A stretch of DNA of 64,000 nucleotides from Candidatus Latescibacterota bacterium (GTDB lineage: Bacteria > Latescibacterota > CBDEFO01): the NCBI GenBank assembly GCA_965237525.1, contig CBDEFO010000003.1, positions 32,001 to 96,000 on the forward strand, written 5' to 3'. Within the stretch, counting starts at the first letter, position 1, and each line of letters starts with the position of its first letter. Below are positions 9,729 through 21,064 of the stretch, piece by piece. The position numbers were made by a program, and so were the translations under genes. The notes beneath the pieces were generated by a model. That model was not told the DNA's origin. It ran no database searches and saw nothing but the letters and a program-made list of their open reading frames with translations.

Positions 9729-11522
9729 CTACTGGCGTAGGATAAGCGGCTGACTCTCGATCTGCGAGAATGGAACCTTATAATGCTGCTTCAGTGACAC
9801 ACGAAATGGGCCACCATCACCAAACCGCTTGTAAACCTTGACCGACACCTCTTTCGGTAGCGAATTAAACAACGGACGTACCTGGCGAGACCGCGTCAGC
9901 TTATCAAAATTCCCTGCCTCCACCGACCAGTGAAAGAAACCTTGGGCATCAGTGTGCATGTGCTCATTATTCAGCACCACACATGCACCAGCAACGGACT
10001 TAGCCTTCTCATCTACAACCTGATTGCAAACCTTTAGGCCCGGCTTCAAGCGGAACTCCTGTGGTTTGGCTTTCGGTCCGACCTTGATGTGCCGATGCTG
10101 GGGGGCGTAGCCGTCAGCTTCAACCGTCAGGACATATTCGCCAAGTTTGACGGACTCGAAGCGGAAGTTTCCCTGCTCGTCCGTCTGCACTGTCGGATGG
10201 CCGTTTTCTTTACGAATCGATCTATATCCCAGTACCGGTGAGCCGATTGTCCTGGGCCCAGCATCCCAGTGGTCCAGTCGTCTGGGGTCCTCCAGCCAAG
10301 AATCGAGGGCGTAGCGATTTGGGCCCAGTTCCACATTCGCAGCCGCAATCGGATTGCCACTGTGTGGGTCCACCAGCTGGCCAGTCAAGGCTACGCGATC
10401 CGACGATACCTTCACCCGTTTCACGGTGATTGGCCAGACCTTCGTGCCCTCGGCGTCGTTGCCTACTACCACCAGCTTGTTGGGACCAGCTTTTGCCATA
10501 TCAAACTGGCCCGTAATGGGTGGGGTTGGTAGGTCCGAGAAGCTAACGCGGTCTTGCCAGGTACGTCCGTTGTCTAAACTGAAGGCTACGTGACAGCCCG
10601 GCCGACCATATACACAAGCCACTACGCCGTTGTCCAGCACCTGCAGGGTCGGTTGGATACACATCAGATGTGGCTTAGTCGGCGTCGGCTTGGTCCAGGT
10701 CTTGCCCAGATCATTCGACCAACAGACGTACAGGGGCTTGTATGCTCCCGGGTACTGGGTGCCCTGCGTGCGCAACATGGCCAGCATCTGGCCATTGGGC
10801 AAAAGCCCGACACTCGGCTCGCAAGAGCCGGCCCACCGACCAGGTAATTCCGGGTTGGGATCCTTGGAGGCGTAATGGATGCTCGCGTAATACCGCCAAG
10901 TCCTGCCCAAGTCTCTCGAATGGACCAGGTATGTCCGGTCTACGGTGCGGTCATCACCCGTTAAGCCGCCATGCATCGGCATCAGTAACTCCCCGTTGTG
11001 CATTTGGACGATCGGGCCTTTGGACGGACCCGGATATTTTACGTCAGTAGAGGTTATATGATCCGGCATATATATCTTGGCTAAAAATTGTTTCCAATTC
11101 GTAAAATTGTCGGTGCCTAGAAAAGTTTCCGCATCATACCAGCCGGGTTCCCCTTTGATAGGAAAGACGTAAGTCGTAAGCTTTATCACGCCGCCTTGGC
11201 GCAGTCCGATTGCTTGAGCACCACTCCAATTAGCCGGAGCGTTTATCTCCGGCCCCCAGGTCAGACCAGCGTCTGTTGAAACGCGGTATTTCTTGACCCC
11301 GCGTGGCGGCTTTGGATAAAAGACGGCCACTACTCCTGTTCGTGACCCGGTTATGGCTGAGGTATTCTGAAAGATCTGAGGAGTGAGCTTGGTCGGCGTA
11401 CCCACGGTGATCTTGAGGATCTCAGTTTCTTCCGCTGCCGCAGGGTCCACCGCACCGGCATCATCTACAATGGACGCGATGCAAAACATAACAGCTATTA
11501 CACGAAGACAATTGCGTTTAAT
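9729..11522 (-). CDS. Secreted BNR/Asp-box protein, paralogue 3 (ATT at the homologous start; first ATG at 11489)
   Basis: Colinear paralogue; AAAGGACTCGAC-ATT-AAA-CGC-AAT aligns with AAAGGACTCGGC-ATG-AAA-CGC-AAT of paralogue 1. Confidence 0.78.
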   Translation of the reverse strand: MKRNCLRVIAVMFCIASIVDDAGAVDPAAAEETEILKITVGTPTKLTPQIFQNTSAITGSRTGVVAVFYPKPPRGVKKYRVSTDAGLTWGPEINAPANWSGAQAIGLRQGGVIKLTTYVFPIKGEPGWYDAETFLGTDNFTNWKQFLAKIYMPDHITSTDVKYPGPSKGPIVQMHNGELLMPMHGGLTGDDRTVDRTYLVHSRDLGRTWRYYASIHYASKDPNPELPGRWAGSCEPSVGLLPNGQMLAMLRTQGTQYPGAYKPLYVCWSNDLGKTWTKPTPTKPHLMCIQPTLQVLDNGVVACVYGRPGCHVAFSLDNGRTWQDRVSFSDLPTPPITGQFDMAKAGPNKLVVVGNDAEGTKVWPITVKRVKVSSDRVALTGQLVDPHSGNPIAAANVELGPNRYALDSWLEDPRRLDHWDAGPRTIGSPVLGYRSIRKENGHPTVQTDEQGNFRFESVKLGEYVLTVEADGYAPQHRHIKVGPKAKPQEFRLKPGLKVCNQVVDEKAKSVAGACVVLNNEHMHTDAQGFFHWSVEAGNFDKLTRSRQVRPLFNSLPKEVSVKVYKRFGDGGPFRVSLKQHYKVPFSQIESQPLILRQ

Positions 11523-11849
11523 GTCGAGTCCTTTCAGTTTTCAAAGTTCAGCTAAAGAACAAAAACAGACTACTCAAGTACTAACTGGGATTTCCCAAGT
11601 CACTTTGTATATCCTTAACCGTTCAGGCCCTTTGGGACCTGCAGCGTTTTGCCTGACCGGGCAGCGTACTCGGCGGCAAAACGCCAAATCCTCAATCTGT
11701 TTGACAATATACGCGTGCCGTGCTGTTTTGCAAGCACTGTTTTTTCTTCAAAATTCAAGCGGAGGGCCTAGTGCATCCGATAAAATCTCTGAAGCATAGC
11801 CTATAGAGCAATGGGATACGCCCAAGCAAGAAAACCGCTTACCCTAGCT

Positions 11850-13658
11850 CTAGCGGCTCAGGATCATCGGTTGACTCTCGATCTGCGAGAGCGGAACCGT
11901 GTAATGCTGCTTCAGAGGTATACGAACTGGGCCACCACCATATCGCTTGTAAACCTTGACCGATACCTGTTCCGGAAGCGGGTTCTCCAACGACCAGTGA
12001 AAGGAACCTTGGGCATCTGTGTGCATGTGCCAATTGTTCAGCACCACACATGCACCAGCAGCCGGCTTACCCTTCTCATCTACAACCTGGTTGCAAATCT
12101 TTCGGCCAGCATTCAAGCGAAACTCCTGTGGTTTAGCTTGGGATCCGACCTTGATGTGTCGATGCTGGGGGGCGTAACCGTCAGCTTCAACCGTCAGGAC
12201 ATATTCACCAAGTTTGACGGACTCGAAGCGGAAGTCTCCCTTGGCGTCCGTCTGCACCGTCGGATAGCCGTTTTCTTTACGGATCGACAGATAGCTCAAT
12301 TGGGGTAAGCCGATTGTCCTGGGGGCAACCTTCCAGGCGTCCAGTCGTGTGGGATCCTCCAGCCAGGAGTCGAGGGTGTAGCGATTCGGGCTCAGTTCCA
12401 CCTTCACACCCGCCATCAGATCGGGATCGGGGCCGCCCTGCTGGGCCAACACCCAGCCAGTCAAGGCTACGCAAGCCGGCGATACCTTCACACGTTCCAC
12501 CGTGATTGGCCAAACCTTTGTGCCCTCGGCGTCACTGCCTACTACCACCAATTTGTTGGGACCAGCTTTTTCCATGTCATACTGGCCTGTACCGGTCGGC
12601 CCGGACGTTGTCTTTGGATTGATAAGGCTTGGCCGGACAGGGAATGGTGAGAGACTAACGCGGTCTTGCCAAGTATGTCCGTTGTCTAAACTGAAGGCTA
12701 CATGAAAGCCCGGCCGACCATATTGACAGGCCACTATGCCATTGTCCAGCACCTGCAGGGTCGGCGAGATATTCATAAGGTGCGGCTTGGTGGGCGTCGG
12801 CTTGGTCCAGGTCTTGCCCAAATCATTAGACCAGCACACGTACATGGGTTTGTATTCGCCCGGGTAATGGGCACCCTGCTCGCGGAGCATGGCCAACATC
12901 TGACCGTTGGGTAAAAGCCCGACACTCGGCTCGCAGGAACCGGTGTACTGACCGGGAAGTTCCGGGTTGGGATCCTTGGGGGTATGATTGATGCTCGCGT
13001 GATACGACCAGGTCCTGCCCTGGTCGGTAGATCGGACAAGGTATGCCCGGTGTACATCTTCGCGATCACCCGTTAAGCCGCCATGCATCGGCATTAACAA
13101 ATCCCCGTTGGGTACTTGGATGATTGGGCCTTTGGACATACCTGGATATGGTGAGTCAAGAGAGGCTATAGAATTCGGCATATGTATCTTGGCTGTAAAT
13201 GTTTCATGATCGACTTTCCCCGTGTCACTATTGATCCTGAACTCGTCGACCATTTTAAAGGTTTTCGCATCAAACCAGCCTGGTTTTCCTGGGGTAGGAG
13301 TAGCGTCACTGCCAATCTTGAGCACGCCGCCATCGCGCAGCCCGATTTCTTGAGCACCACCCTCATGAGACGGAGGATCCGTCGGCTTGCCCCAGGTCAG
13401 GCCGGCGTCTTTTGAAATGCGACACTTGCGATACTCCCTGGGCCCGAAAGGATAAAAGACGATCAGTGCTCCTGTTCGCGAGGCGGCGAGACTGGCGGTA
13501 TTCTGTTGGCTCCGGGGGTCGAGCAGAGTCGGTTCACCCACGGTGATCTTGAGGATATCGGTTTCTTCCGCTGCCGCAGGGTCCACCGCACTGGCGTCAG
13601 GAACAATGGCCGCGATGCAAAACATAACAGCTATTACACAAAGACAATTGCCTTTAAT
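11850..13658 (-). CDS. Secreted BNR/Asp-box protein, paralogue 4 (ATT at the homologous start; first ATG at 13625)
   Basis: Colinear paralogue; AAAGGACTCCAC-ATT-AAA-GGC-AAT at the homologous start. Confidence 0.78.
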   Translation of the reverse strand: MKGNCLCVIAVMFCIAAIVPDASAVDPAAAEETDILKITVGEPTLLDPRSQQNTASLAASRTGALIVFYPFGPREYRKCRISKDAGLTWGKPTDPPSHEGGAQEIGLRDGGVLKIGSDATPTPGKPGWFDAKTFKMVDEFRINSDTGKVDHETFTAKIHMPNSIASLDSPYPGMSKGPIIQVPNGDLLMPMHGGLTGDREDVHRAYLVRSTDQGRTWSYHASINHTPKDPNPELPGQYTGSCEPSVGLLPNGQMLAMLREQGAHYPGEYKPMYVCWSNDLGKTWTKPTPTKPHLMNISPTLQVLDNGIVACQYGRPGFHVAFSLDNGHTWQDRVSLSPFPVRPSLINPKTTSGPTGTGQYDMEKAGPNKLVVVGSDAEGTKVWPITVERVKVSPACVALTGWVLAQQGGPDPDLMAGVKVELSPNRYTLDSWLEDPTRLDAWKVAPRTIGLPQLSYLSIRKENGYPTVQTDAKGDFRFESVKLGEYVLTVEADGYAPQHRHIKVGSQAKPQEFRLNAGRKICNQVVDEKGKPAAGACVVLNNWHMHTDAQGSFHWSLENPLPEQVSVKVYKRYGGGPVRIPLKQHYTVPLSQIESQPMILSR

Positions 13659-13791
13659 GTGGAGTCCTTTCAGTTTTCAAAGTTCAGTCAAAGAACAAAA
13701 ACAAACTACCTATAATTACTCTTATTAAACAGGCAGGAGAACGCTCCCGGCTCCAAGTAGTCGCATAGGTAGCACTCGGGGCGTATTGACC

Positions 13792-15108
13792 TCAAGGCGA
13801 GGGATCAAAGATGTTTCCGAGATCAGAGTCGAATGGGGCGTCACGAATTTCCCGATCGGCGTTTACAGGTTCAGGGTTCAGCCTCCACTGCACCAGCCCG
13901 AGGTCTCTTGGGGCGAACTGGTTCGGCGCCTCCGGCGGACCGGGCTCACTCCGGTAGCCGGTACCAAAGACGGTGATGATTGACCCATCCGGAAGCAGAC
14001 TCGACGAGGCACAATAGGGGGCCGGCCAGTAGTCCTTCTCCCCCGTACGGTTACCTACCCAGGCGTGGAGGATGTACTTGTGGTCGAGATCCCACGTCAG
14101 GCCGTGGTCGTGGCTGACGATAGCTTCGATGCCGAACTGCTTGAACCCGTTCTTGTCCTTGACGTATCCCTCGCGGACGACATAGGTCATGACGATGTCC
14201 CCATTGGGCATCAGGAGCAGGGACGGATGATGGCGACCCCAATTATAGAGTTTCTCGACAGTTGACCAAGTGCGGCCATCGTCTTTGGAGATGGAGATCC
14301 CGAGCCCTTCGTAGTGGTCATTTCCTGTGACCCCGGGTGGAAGGTCGGTCCTGCAAGCAGCGAGCAGGTTACCGTTGCCGGCGCGAAAGAGGGCGACCTC
14401 ACTGACTTCTTTCCATTGCGGCACCTTTATGTCCTCGCTCCAGGTTTTCCCTTTGTCAGTACTGAAGCGGATGTAGCCCTGCTGATAGTCGTGCTTGACC
14501 TCGGGAGGTTTGAACCAGGCGTAGCCCGTCTCCGCAATCCGGCTGACTTTGCCGGTCTTGTGGTCTCGCTCGACCAACGGTGGGAGCCAGGGGGCCCAAT
14601 AGCTTCTGTCAGAAGGCGGGGCTATCCGAGACGTGTCGCCCCAGGTCTTACCGTAGTCCCTGCTGAACCAGCGGTCGCGGCCCGAGTACAAGAGTGCATT
14701 CCCATCGTCAAGATAAGCTAGACCCAGTCCCAGGCCACCGGCAGGCTTGCCATCCTTGTCGACAGTCAGCGGACGCGGAGCAGTCCAACTGTCTCCATGA
14801 TCGTCGCTGGTCATAGTAAAGGGGCGATGCGGATAACCATAATTGGCCAGCATGAGCAGCCGATCCTTCTCCGGCATATAGACAAGGTAGGGGATGGTCG
14901 CTACCCGATGGCGACTCTTGGCAGAGATGGTCTGGAACTTTGAAGACAGCCGGATTTGCTGGGCCGAGCCGTTGAGTTGTCGGACCGTATGTGGCTGCCA
15001 TCCCACCACGACCGCCGACGAGGCCCTGGGCAACGCCACAGAATCGTCGGTAAGGCAGAATGCGGAAAGAATTAATAGGGCGATTGTAGCAGAGATTATG
15101 ATTGTCAT
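13792..15108 (-). CDS. Secreted BNR/Asp-box sialidase-fold protein
   Basis: Signal peptide from ATG 15108 (MTIIISATIALLILSAFC); Asp boxes SDDHGDSW, SRDYGKTW, STDKGKTW, SKDDGRTW, SHDHGLTW. Confidence 0.8.
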   Translation of the reverse strand: MTIIISATIALLILSAFCLTDDSVALPRASSAVVVGWQPHTVRQLNGSAQQIRLSSKFQTISAKSRHRVATIPYLVYMPEKDRLLMLANYGYPHRPFTMTSDDHGDSWTAPRPLTVDKDGKPAGGLGLGLAYLDDGNALLYSGRDRWFSRDYGKTWGDTSRIAPPSDRSYWAPWLPPLVERDHKTGKVSRIAETGYAWFKPPEVKHDYQQGYIRFSTDKGKTWSEDIKVPQWKEVSEVALFRAGNGNLLAACRTDLPPGVTGNDHYEGLGISISKDDGRTWSTVEKLYNWGRHHPSLLLMPNGDIVMTYVVREGYVKDKNGFKQFGIEAIVSHDHGLTWDLDHKYILHAWVGNRTGEKDYWPAPYCASSSLLPDGSIITVFGTGYRSEPGPPEAPNQFAPRDLGLVQWRLNPEPVNADREIRDAPFDSDLGNIFDPSP

Positions 15109-15155
15109 CAGGCAGGTTCCTTGTTCTACGTCTGGCTCTGGGACTGGTATAACTC

Positions 15156-18015
15156 CTAATCCACAGGGCATAGGGCAATCTGTACCTCTGTGAGAATAGG
15201 GGTCGCCGCACCATCCGGGGTTCTCAGGACAGCACGGTATTGGATCCAGGGATGCTGGGCTGGCAGCATATTCAGGCTTGTACCGGGCTTAGTGAAGTAG
15301 GAACCTTCGCTGTCAGGCCCGAGCCAAGCTGCACTACTTAGGCCTTTGCGTGTAGGGGCGGTTCGGACCTCGAAAACGACGGACGTACCGAATTTATTCT
15401 GGGCCTTCCATGAAAGTTTATCAAAGCTAGCGTTCGCCGGGCGCTGGAACACGGTCGAGGTATACGTTTCTTCGAGCTTTCGGGTATAGGCGTTGCCGAG
15501 GTCCGAGGCGATCGAGCCGTGCGGACCAAGGGTGGGCAGCAAGGTCACATCGTCATCGGTGAATTTACCCTGCCGGTTCCAGTGAACACGCGAAAGGGTA
15601 TTATGGTCACCGCCTGGATTGTGATTGCAGAATGAAATATCGGGCCAACCGTCGTGGTTGAAATCAGCAACCATCATCCCAAGCGATGCGGCCTGGCGTA
15701 GTCGTGTCCTCTTGTCCATAGAGTATATGGATTCTGGATTTCCCCAGAATATGTAAGCATCAAAAATGCGCTCGATACCCTGATCGTAGTTACTGCAAAC
15801 AATGTCTAGATGTCCGTCTCTGTTCAGATCGGCGATGGCGACGCCGTGATCAGCGCCCTGCAACATAAATTCGGTCCGTCGGGCCGCGGAGAAACCCCAC
15901 TCGGAACCCCACCAAATATAGCTCGGTACGTTGGTCCCGGCAAAGCCCTTTCGAGGATTGGACCAGCCGGTGAGAACCAGGTCAAGCCAGCCGTTGCCAT
16001 CCAGGTCAGCCGTCTCCACTCCTGCTCCGCCGGAGGGCATGGGAAGTGTGATTTTACGGTCCACATCAAAACCCTTCTTATCACCCAGAAGGATATAGGT
16101 AGCGTTGTGTTCGATAGCGGTATAGACCAAATCAAGCCAGCCGTCTCTGTCCACGTCTGCCAGGTGTATTCCCCACACATCACCCAGCTTGACGGCCTGT
16201 CGCCGCTCTGCCGAAAACCCCGTCTCGCCGCCCCAATATACGTATGTCGTGCCCCCCTGGACTGCACCCATGACGATATCCAGATAGCCGTCGCGATTAA
16301 TGTCAGCGGTCATCGAGATAAGCGCATATTCGGTCGGGAACCTCGAGACACGATCTACGGACAGGCCATCCTGGCCGCCCCAGTAGATTGAGCTGGTTTG
16401 CTCGCCAAGGGCGCGGGTACCCTCACGTTGGTTCGAGACTAACAAATCGACAAAACCGTCGTCGTTATAGTCAGCCATGAACCCTCCGTAGGCACTGACG
16501 GCGGGCAGATCGTAATGGCAACCTGGCTTATAGATGCCGTCATAACTGCCTAGATAAACCCGAACAGGCGGATCGAGCGAGGAGTGTCCTCCTAGAGAGC
16601 AGGCGAAGATGATATCTTTTTTCCCATCGTGATTCAAATCCGCAACGTGGACTTCCGTAGCGCCAGAGGTCTCCAGTGCGATGAAACGATCCTTATCGAG
16701 ACCGTCCTTGCTGTTTATGTACACCCGGGATTGGGCAGTGTAGCTTTTACCGTGTTCATATACTGCTACAGCCAGATCCGGTAATCCGTCGTTAGTAACA
16801 TCTCCGATGGCAATGTTTGTTGCCTGGATTGGTAAGGTGAATGCCCGCTTGGGGTCGTACCCGGTATCCGATCCCCACAGGAAGTGGATCTTTCCAGATC
16901 GAACACAGATCAGGTCATCGAGGCCGTCGGCGTTGAGATCAGCCACAACCACTTGACGCTTTTCGCCGGAAAGTTCGATCTGTCTGGGTTCTGCCACCTG
17001 CAGTCCGGAAAAGGGATACAGATCTATTGTCTCTTCGGTCAACATTCCCAGATGATAAGCTCCGTTGAGCTTCAGCAAACGAGGTCTACCAGATCGGTCA
17101 CCGCTGATCGCAAGGACTTGCATCGGCTCGAATCCCCCCTCTCTTCCGGCCAGAAGGAAGACATTCTCCGCCTCCTTGGAGCTGCCGATGGCCTCAAGAA
17201 CAGGCACGGCTGCAGGGCCGAGGCTATCTTCCGTAGGCCTGCCGTAGAAAACTAGGTCGGCAAAACCATCGCCGTTAATATCGGCTATGTCTGCCCACCC
17301 GAGTGAGGGTGCCACGATGTCATCCCGGCGGTCGAGAGGGAAAACACCGGCCTTTGTCTGCCAATAAATGGAAATGCAGCCCCCTTTGAGATCGAACCGC
17401 TCCCGTTCCTGGTTAAGCACGATAATTTCCTTTAATCCGTCACCGTTCAAGTCGGCAGCGAAGGCCTGTCGGGCAGAGAACGTCGGAATGGAGGTCCGAT
17501 ACTTCGGGGTCAGACCTTCGGGCCCGCCCCAATAGATGAAACTCCTAACCACAGGATCTGGCACCCACATATAGTTAAGTATGATCACATCTGTATACCC
17601 ACCACCATTCAAGTCGCTTACGCACTGTGAAGATGAATGCCGCGTGGGCAACATTAAGCTTGCGTCAGGACTCGGCTTGCCATCTCGCTGAAAATAGACC
17701 CGTGCCGGCTCGTATTCTATCAGATCGTGCGAGTTACCGAAATACAGATCGATATTCCCGTCGTTATTGACGTCCCACGTGCGTATCATCTGAACGCGCC
17801 CACCGCGAGACACATAGAGGTTCGCACCTGCCGCGTCAAAAGTTGCCCTTTGAGAAGTCCTCGAACCCGCTAGTGACCCAAGAGGCCCTCTCGGCCCCCT
17901 GAGATATTGCGGCCCAGAGCAGCAGTGACGTCAAGATAAGTGTACTTTTCAGTGCTTTTGTGTCCTTGTTACCTATAGCGCCGTCGGGGTGAACAGCTAT
18001 TCCGTGTGAAGTCAT
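15156..18015 (-). CDS. Secreted FG-GAP/VCBS-repeat beta-propeller protein (+1 frameshift near 17843 separates the signal peptide from the body)
   Basis: Many DxNxDGxxD repeats in 15156..17813. The upstream frame encodes a signal peptide and WVTSGFEDFSKG, which in the paralogue at 26.4 kb continues in frame into FDAAGANFYVS. Exact start uncertain. Confidence 0.75.
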
Positions 18016-18082
18016 CCTGTATCCGCGCAACAGCAATAACAACTGCACCGGCGTTGGCGTGAGATGCCACGCCAGATCTCCG

Positions 18083-19330
18083 TTATACTCCAAACTCTAC
18101 CGGCAACGAGTCGAGCAGGCGCAGGCCGGACGAGTGCCGCCAGGGCGGATGGTCGGCTATCTGTTCATCTGCCAGGCGAAGACCAGGCAGCCTGCGAAGG
18201 ATCGACGAAACCGCGATCTGGCCTTCGAGTCGGGCCAGGGGCGCGCCGAGGCAGAAATGTACGCCCCAGCCGAACGCCAGATGTTTGTTCGGACTTCGGC
18301 CTATGTCCAGCCTGTCCGGATCTGGAAACTGCATCGGATCGCGGTTCGCAGCCCCCACCATCAGGGCGACCGTCTGTCCCTCCCTGACCCGAAGCCCTCC
18401 GATCTCCATGTCCTGCGTCGCGATCCTGGTATTTCGCGGGCCGGGACTTTCGTAGCGTAGAAACTCTTCAACGGCCGATTTGATCATCTCGGGATGTGCG
18501 CTCAATCGCTCCATCTCCTCCCCATTCTGGAGCAGCGCGAAGATGCCGTTGCCGATCAAACCGGTTGTTGTGTCGTTCCCTGCAACGAGCATCTGAACGC
18601 ACATGGCCAGCAGTTCCTCATCGGTGAGTCTGTCGCCGGCCTCCTCAATGCCAAGCAACGTGCTAATCAGATCGTCGCCCGGCTCAGCGCGCTTGCGGCT
18701 GATGATCTGATCGAAGTATTCTGTAAGGTCGGTCAGACCTGAAAGTGACTGCTCGGCCACTTCAGCAAGCTGCGACGCCGGACCGTCGAGGAAGGCCACG
18801 ATGTCCTCGATCCACACCCCGAACTGTGCGCGGTCCTCTGCCGGGATGCCCAGGAGCTCGCAGACCACCGTCACAGGCATGGGGTAGGCGAAGTCGCCGA
18901 TCAGATCCATCCGGCCGCGCGGCTCCACAGTATCGATGAGCTCGTTGGCGATCGTGGAGATACGACTCCGCATCGCCTGGATGGAGCGTGGGGTGAACGC
19001 TTGGTTGACCAGCCCCAGCAGACGCGTGTGGTCCGGCGGATCACTGTGCGATACCCATTTGGACAGATGCTGCCCCAGGGCGTCTACCTTGCTCCGCAGC
19101 AGCTCTGGAAGGACGCTCATCTTGGCCCGCGGCTTGTCCGAAGAGAGGTGCAGGTTGGCGTGTGCCTGCCGGACGTCGTCGTAACGGGTGACCACCCAGC
19201 AGCCCCAGGGTTCACACCAGTGAACGGGGGCATCGCTCAGTAGCTCGTGATAGAGTGGATAGGGATTGGCTAGCCTCCCCTGGCAGAACAATTCGTATTC
19301 GCGTGTATGTGTTATCGTCCTCGCGGGCAT
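18083..19330 (-). CDS. Cytochrome P450 (CYP107/BioI-like fold)
   Basis: DPPDHTRL, I-helix AGNDTT, ExxR (EFLR), heme motif FGWGVHFCLG. Confidence 0.95.
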   Translation of the reverse strand: MPARTITHTREYELFCQGRLANPYPLYHELLSDAPVHWCEPWGCWVVTRYDDVRQAHANLHLSSDKPRAKMSVLPELLRSKVDALGQHLSKWVSHSDPPDHTRLLGLVNQAFTPRSIQAMRSRISTIANELIDTVEPRGRMDLIGDFAYPMPVTVVCELLGIPAEDRAQFGVWIEDIVAFLDGPASQLAEVAEQSLSGLTDLTEYFDQIISRKRAEPGDDLISTLLGIEEAGDRLTDEELLAMCVQMLVAGNDTTTGLIGNGIFALLQNGEEMERLSAHPEMIKSAVEEFLRYESPGPRNTRIATQDMEIGGLRVREGQTVALMVGAANRDPMQFPDPDRLDIGRSPNKHLAFGWGVHFCLGAPLARLEGQIAVSSILRRLPGLRLADEQIADHPPWRHSSGLRLLDSLPVEFGV

Positions 19331-19590
19331 GTGATTGCGATCCTCAACGGGCGAGCCGTTGGCTAGTAGGCGTTACCAGTAGAACTTCGACAAGACATTT
19401 TCAAGAGCTGATAGGGAATTTGATCCTAATGACGTGCTCACGGAGCCTAAGTTAATCTGGCAGCCCAGCTAATAAAGGGGTTGAATAGTTGTAAATTGTT
19501 TTTTCCAGAGATTCTCGCACAGGTCAATGGATATCCAGGACTACTGCACCAATGACTGGTCCACTTTTGGCATGACAAGTCGTATTGATC

Positions 19591-19958
19591 TCAGGGCGAC
19601 GAATCAAAGACGGTAAATTCCGAACCCGAGGACATATATTCGCTGACAAAACAGTGCAGCTTGCGATGACGGTGACATTCGTCATTGGGAGGGCGACGGT
19701 CATCTTGTGATCCATTGCCAGTGAGCGCAGTTGCTGAGATGCCGGGCCGTCAAAGACCGGCTCGGGCAGCTCGACCAGACGCTGCCGCGAAAGATGGCGC
19801 AGGTGCCAGTAGCCTCTGATGCAGCATTCCGGGAAGGAGATAAGCTCCACGTCCTGCTGCGAAGCTTGCTGCACAAAGTCACGAATCTTGGCGAAGTTGG
19901 CCTCCTTGTCGCCCGGAGTGTGGTCCATCTGTACGGATGCAACGCGAAGCTTCTTCAT
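19591..19958 (-). pseudogene. Truncated nitrilase/carbon-nitrogen hydrolase
   Basis: MKKLRVASVQM...FPECCIRGYW, then after an internal deletion/frameshift HRKLHCFVSEYMSSGSEFTVFD fused to SSP*; the catalytic Cys region is absent. Confidence 0.8.
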
Positions 19959-21064
19959 GGTCTGTACCACCTTCTGATTTTGTTGGATTGACATGCAACT
20001 TTGACAGACCGGCCCTGTCTGGCGCTATCGTAGAGCGCATCAATGACCTTCATGTTGGCCAGACCGTTTTCAGCCGGCTGTTCAATCGGTTTACCTTTCA
20101 GCACGCGGTCGGCGAAATATTCCGCTTGGAACTGAAACTGGTGCGCAGGCGGACAATGGATCTTCTCATTTATCGCGCCTGCGACCGCGTCATCGCTAAC
20201 AAAGAAGTAGGTTTCCACCAGCTTCCCTGTGCGATAGGTCTCAACCTGCCCAATGCCTGTGGGCATGTAGATGTGGCCGTGCTCTCCGAAGACCTCGTAG
20301 CCCTGCTGGTAGATGTTGTTCTCGGCTAACTTAAAGCCGGAGTCGAACTGCAGAACACCGCCGCAGGGAAACTCCAGCGTGCCGACCACCCGCTCATCCA
20401 CGCCGCTGTCTCTACCGAATTCCCCGAATTCCATTGTGGCGTAAACGCGAACGGGCTCTGAGCCGAATATGAAACGCGCTGTGTTGACACAGTAACAACC
20501 TTTGTCCATCAGCACGCCGCCGCTGAGCTCCTTGCTGAGCCGGATGTCATCGGCAGCCGGTCGGGCCGAGGAGTGCACCGACGACATCCTCAGCACCTTG
20601 CCGATCCTGCCGTCGTCGATCAGTTGCCTGACTTGCACGTTGTGTGGATGAAACCGGTGGGCAAAGGCCTCCATGAGCAGCACGCCGTGCTTGTGGCAGG
20701 CCTCTACCATGTCGCGCGCCTCGGAGGCGCTGCACGCGAGCGGTTTCTCGCAAAGTACGTGCTTGCCCCGGCTGGCAGCGTAAATCGTCCATTCGCAATG
20801 CAGAGAATTGGCAAGGGGAATGTAGACAGCCTGCACGTCATCGTCATCCAGCAGCTGCTCGTAGCTCCCGTAGGCGCGTTCAATGTCAAACGACTGGGCA
20901 AAGTCATCTGCCTTCTTCACCCTTCGGCTGGCGACGGCCAGGACTTCGCCGTTGTTTGATCTCTGGATACCCGGCACCATGACCTTGCGAGCCACGGTGG
21001 CGCAGCCGAGGACGCCCCACTGTACGCGCTGCGGGTCATTGGCAGTTTCGGTTATCGGGTTCAT
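19955..21064 (-). CDS. Gfo/Idh/MocA family oxidoreductase
   Basis: WGVLGCA Rossmann motif, VYIPLANSLH, GKHVLCEKP, GGVLMDKGCY. Confidence 0.92.
   Translation of the reverse strand: MNPITETANDPQRVQWGVLGCATVARKVMVPGIQRSNNGEVLAVASRRVKKADDFAQSFDIERAYGSYEQLLDDDDVQAVYIPLANSLHCEWTIYAASRGKHVLCEKPLACSASEARDMVEACHKHGVLLMEAFAHRFHPHNVQVRQLIDDGRIGKVLRMSSVHSSARPAADDIRLSKELSGGVLMDKGCYCVNTARFIFGSEPVRVYATMEFGEFGRDSGVDERVVGTLEFPCGGVLQFDSGFKLAENNIYQQGYEVFGEHGHIYMPTGIGQVETYRTGKLVETYFFVSDDAVAGAINEKIHCPPAHQFQFQAEYFADRVLKGKPIEQPAENGLANMKVIDALYDSARQGRSVKVACQSNKIRRWYRP

Noticed and set aside
5983..13658. Diversity-generating retroelement acting on the paralogues
   Set aside because: No reverse transcriptase in the window; differences span whole genes and are not adenine-specific.
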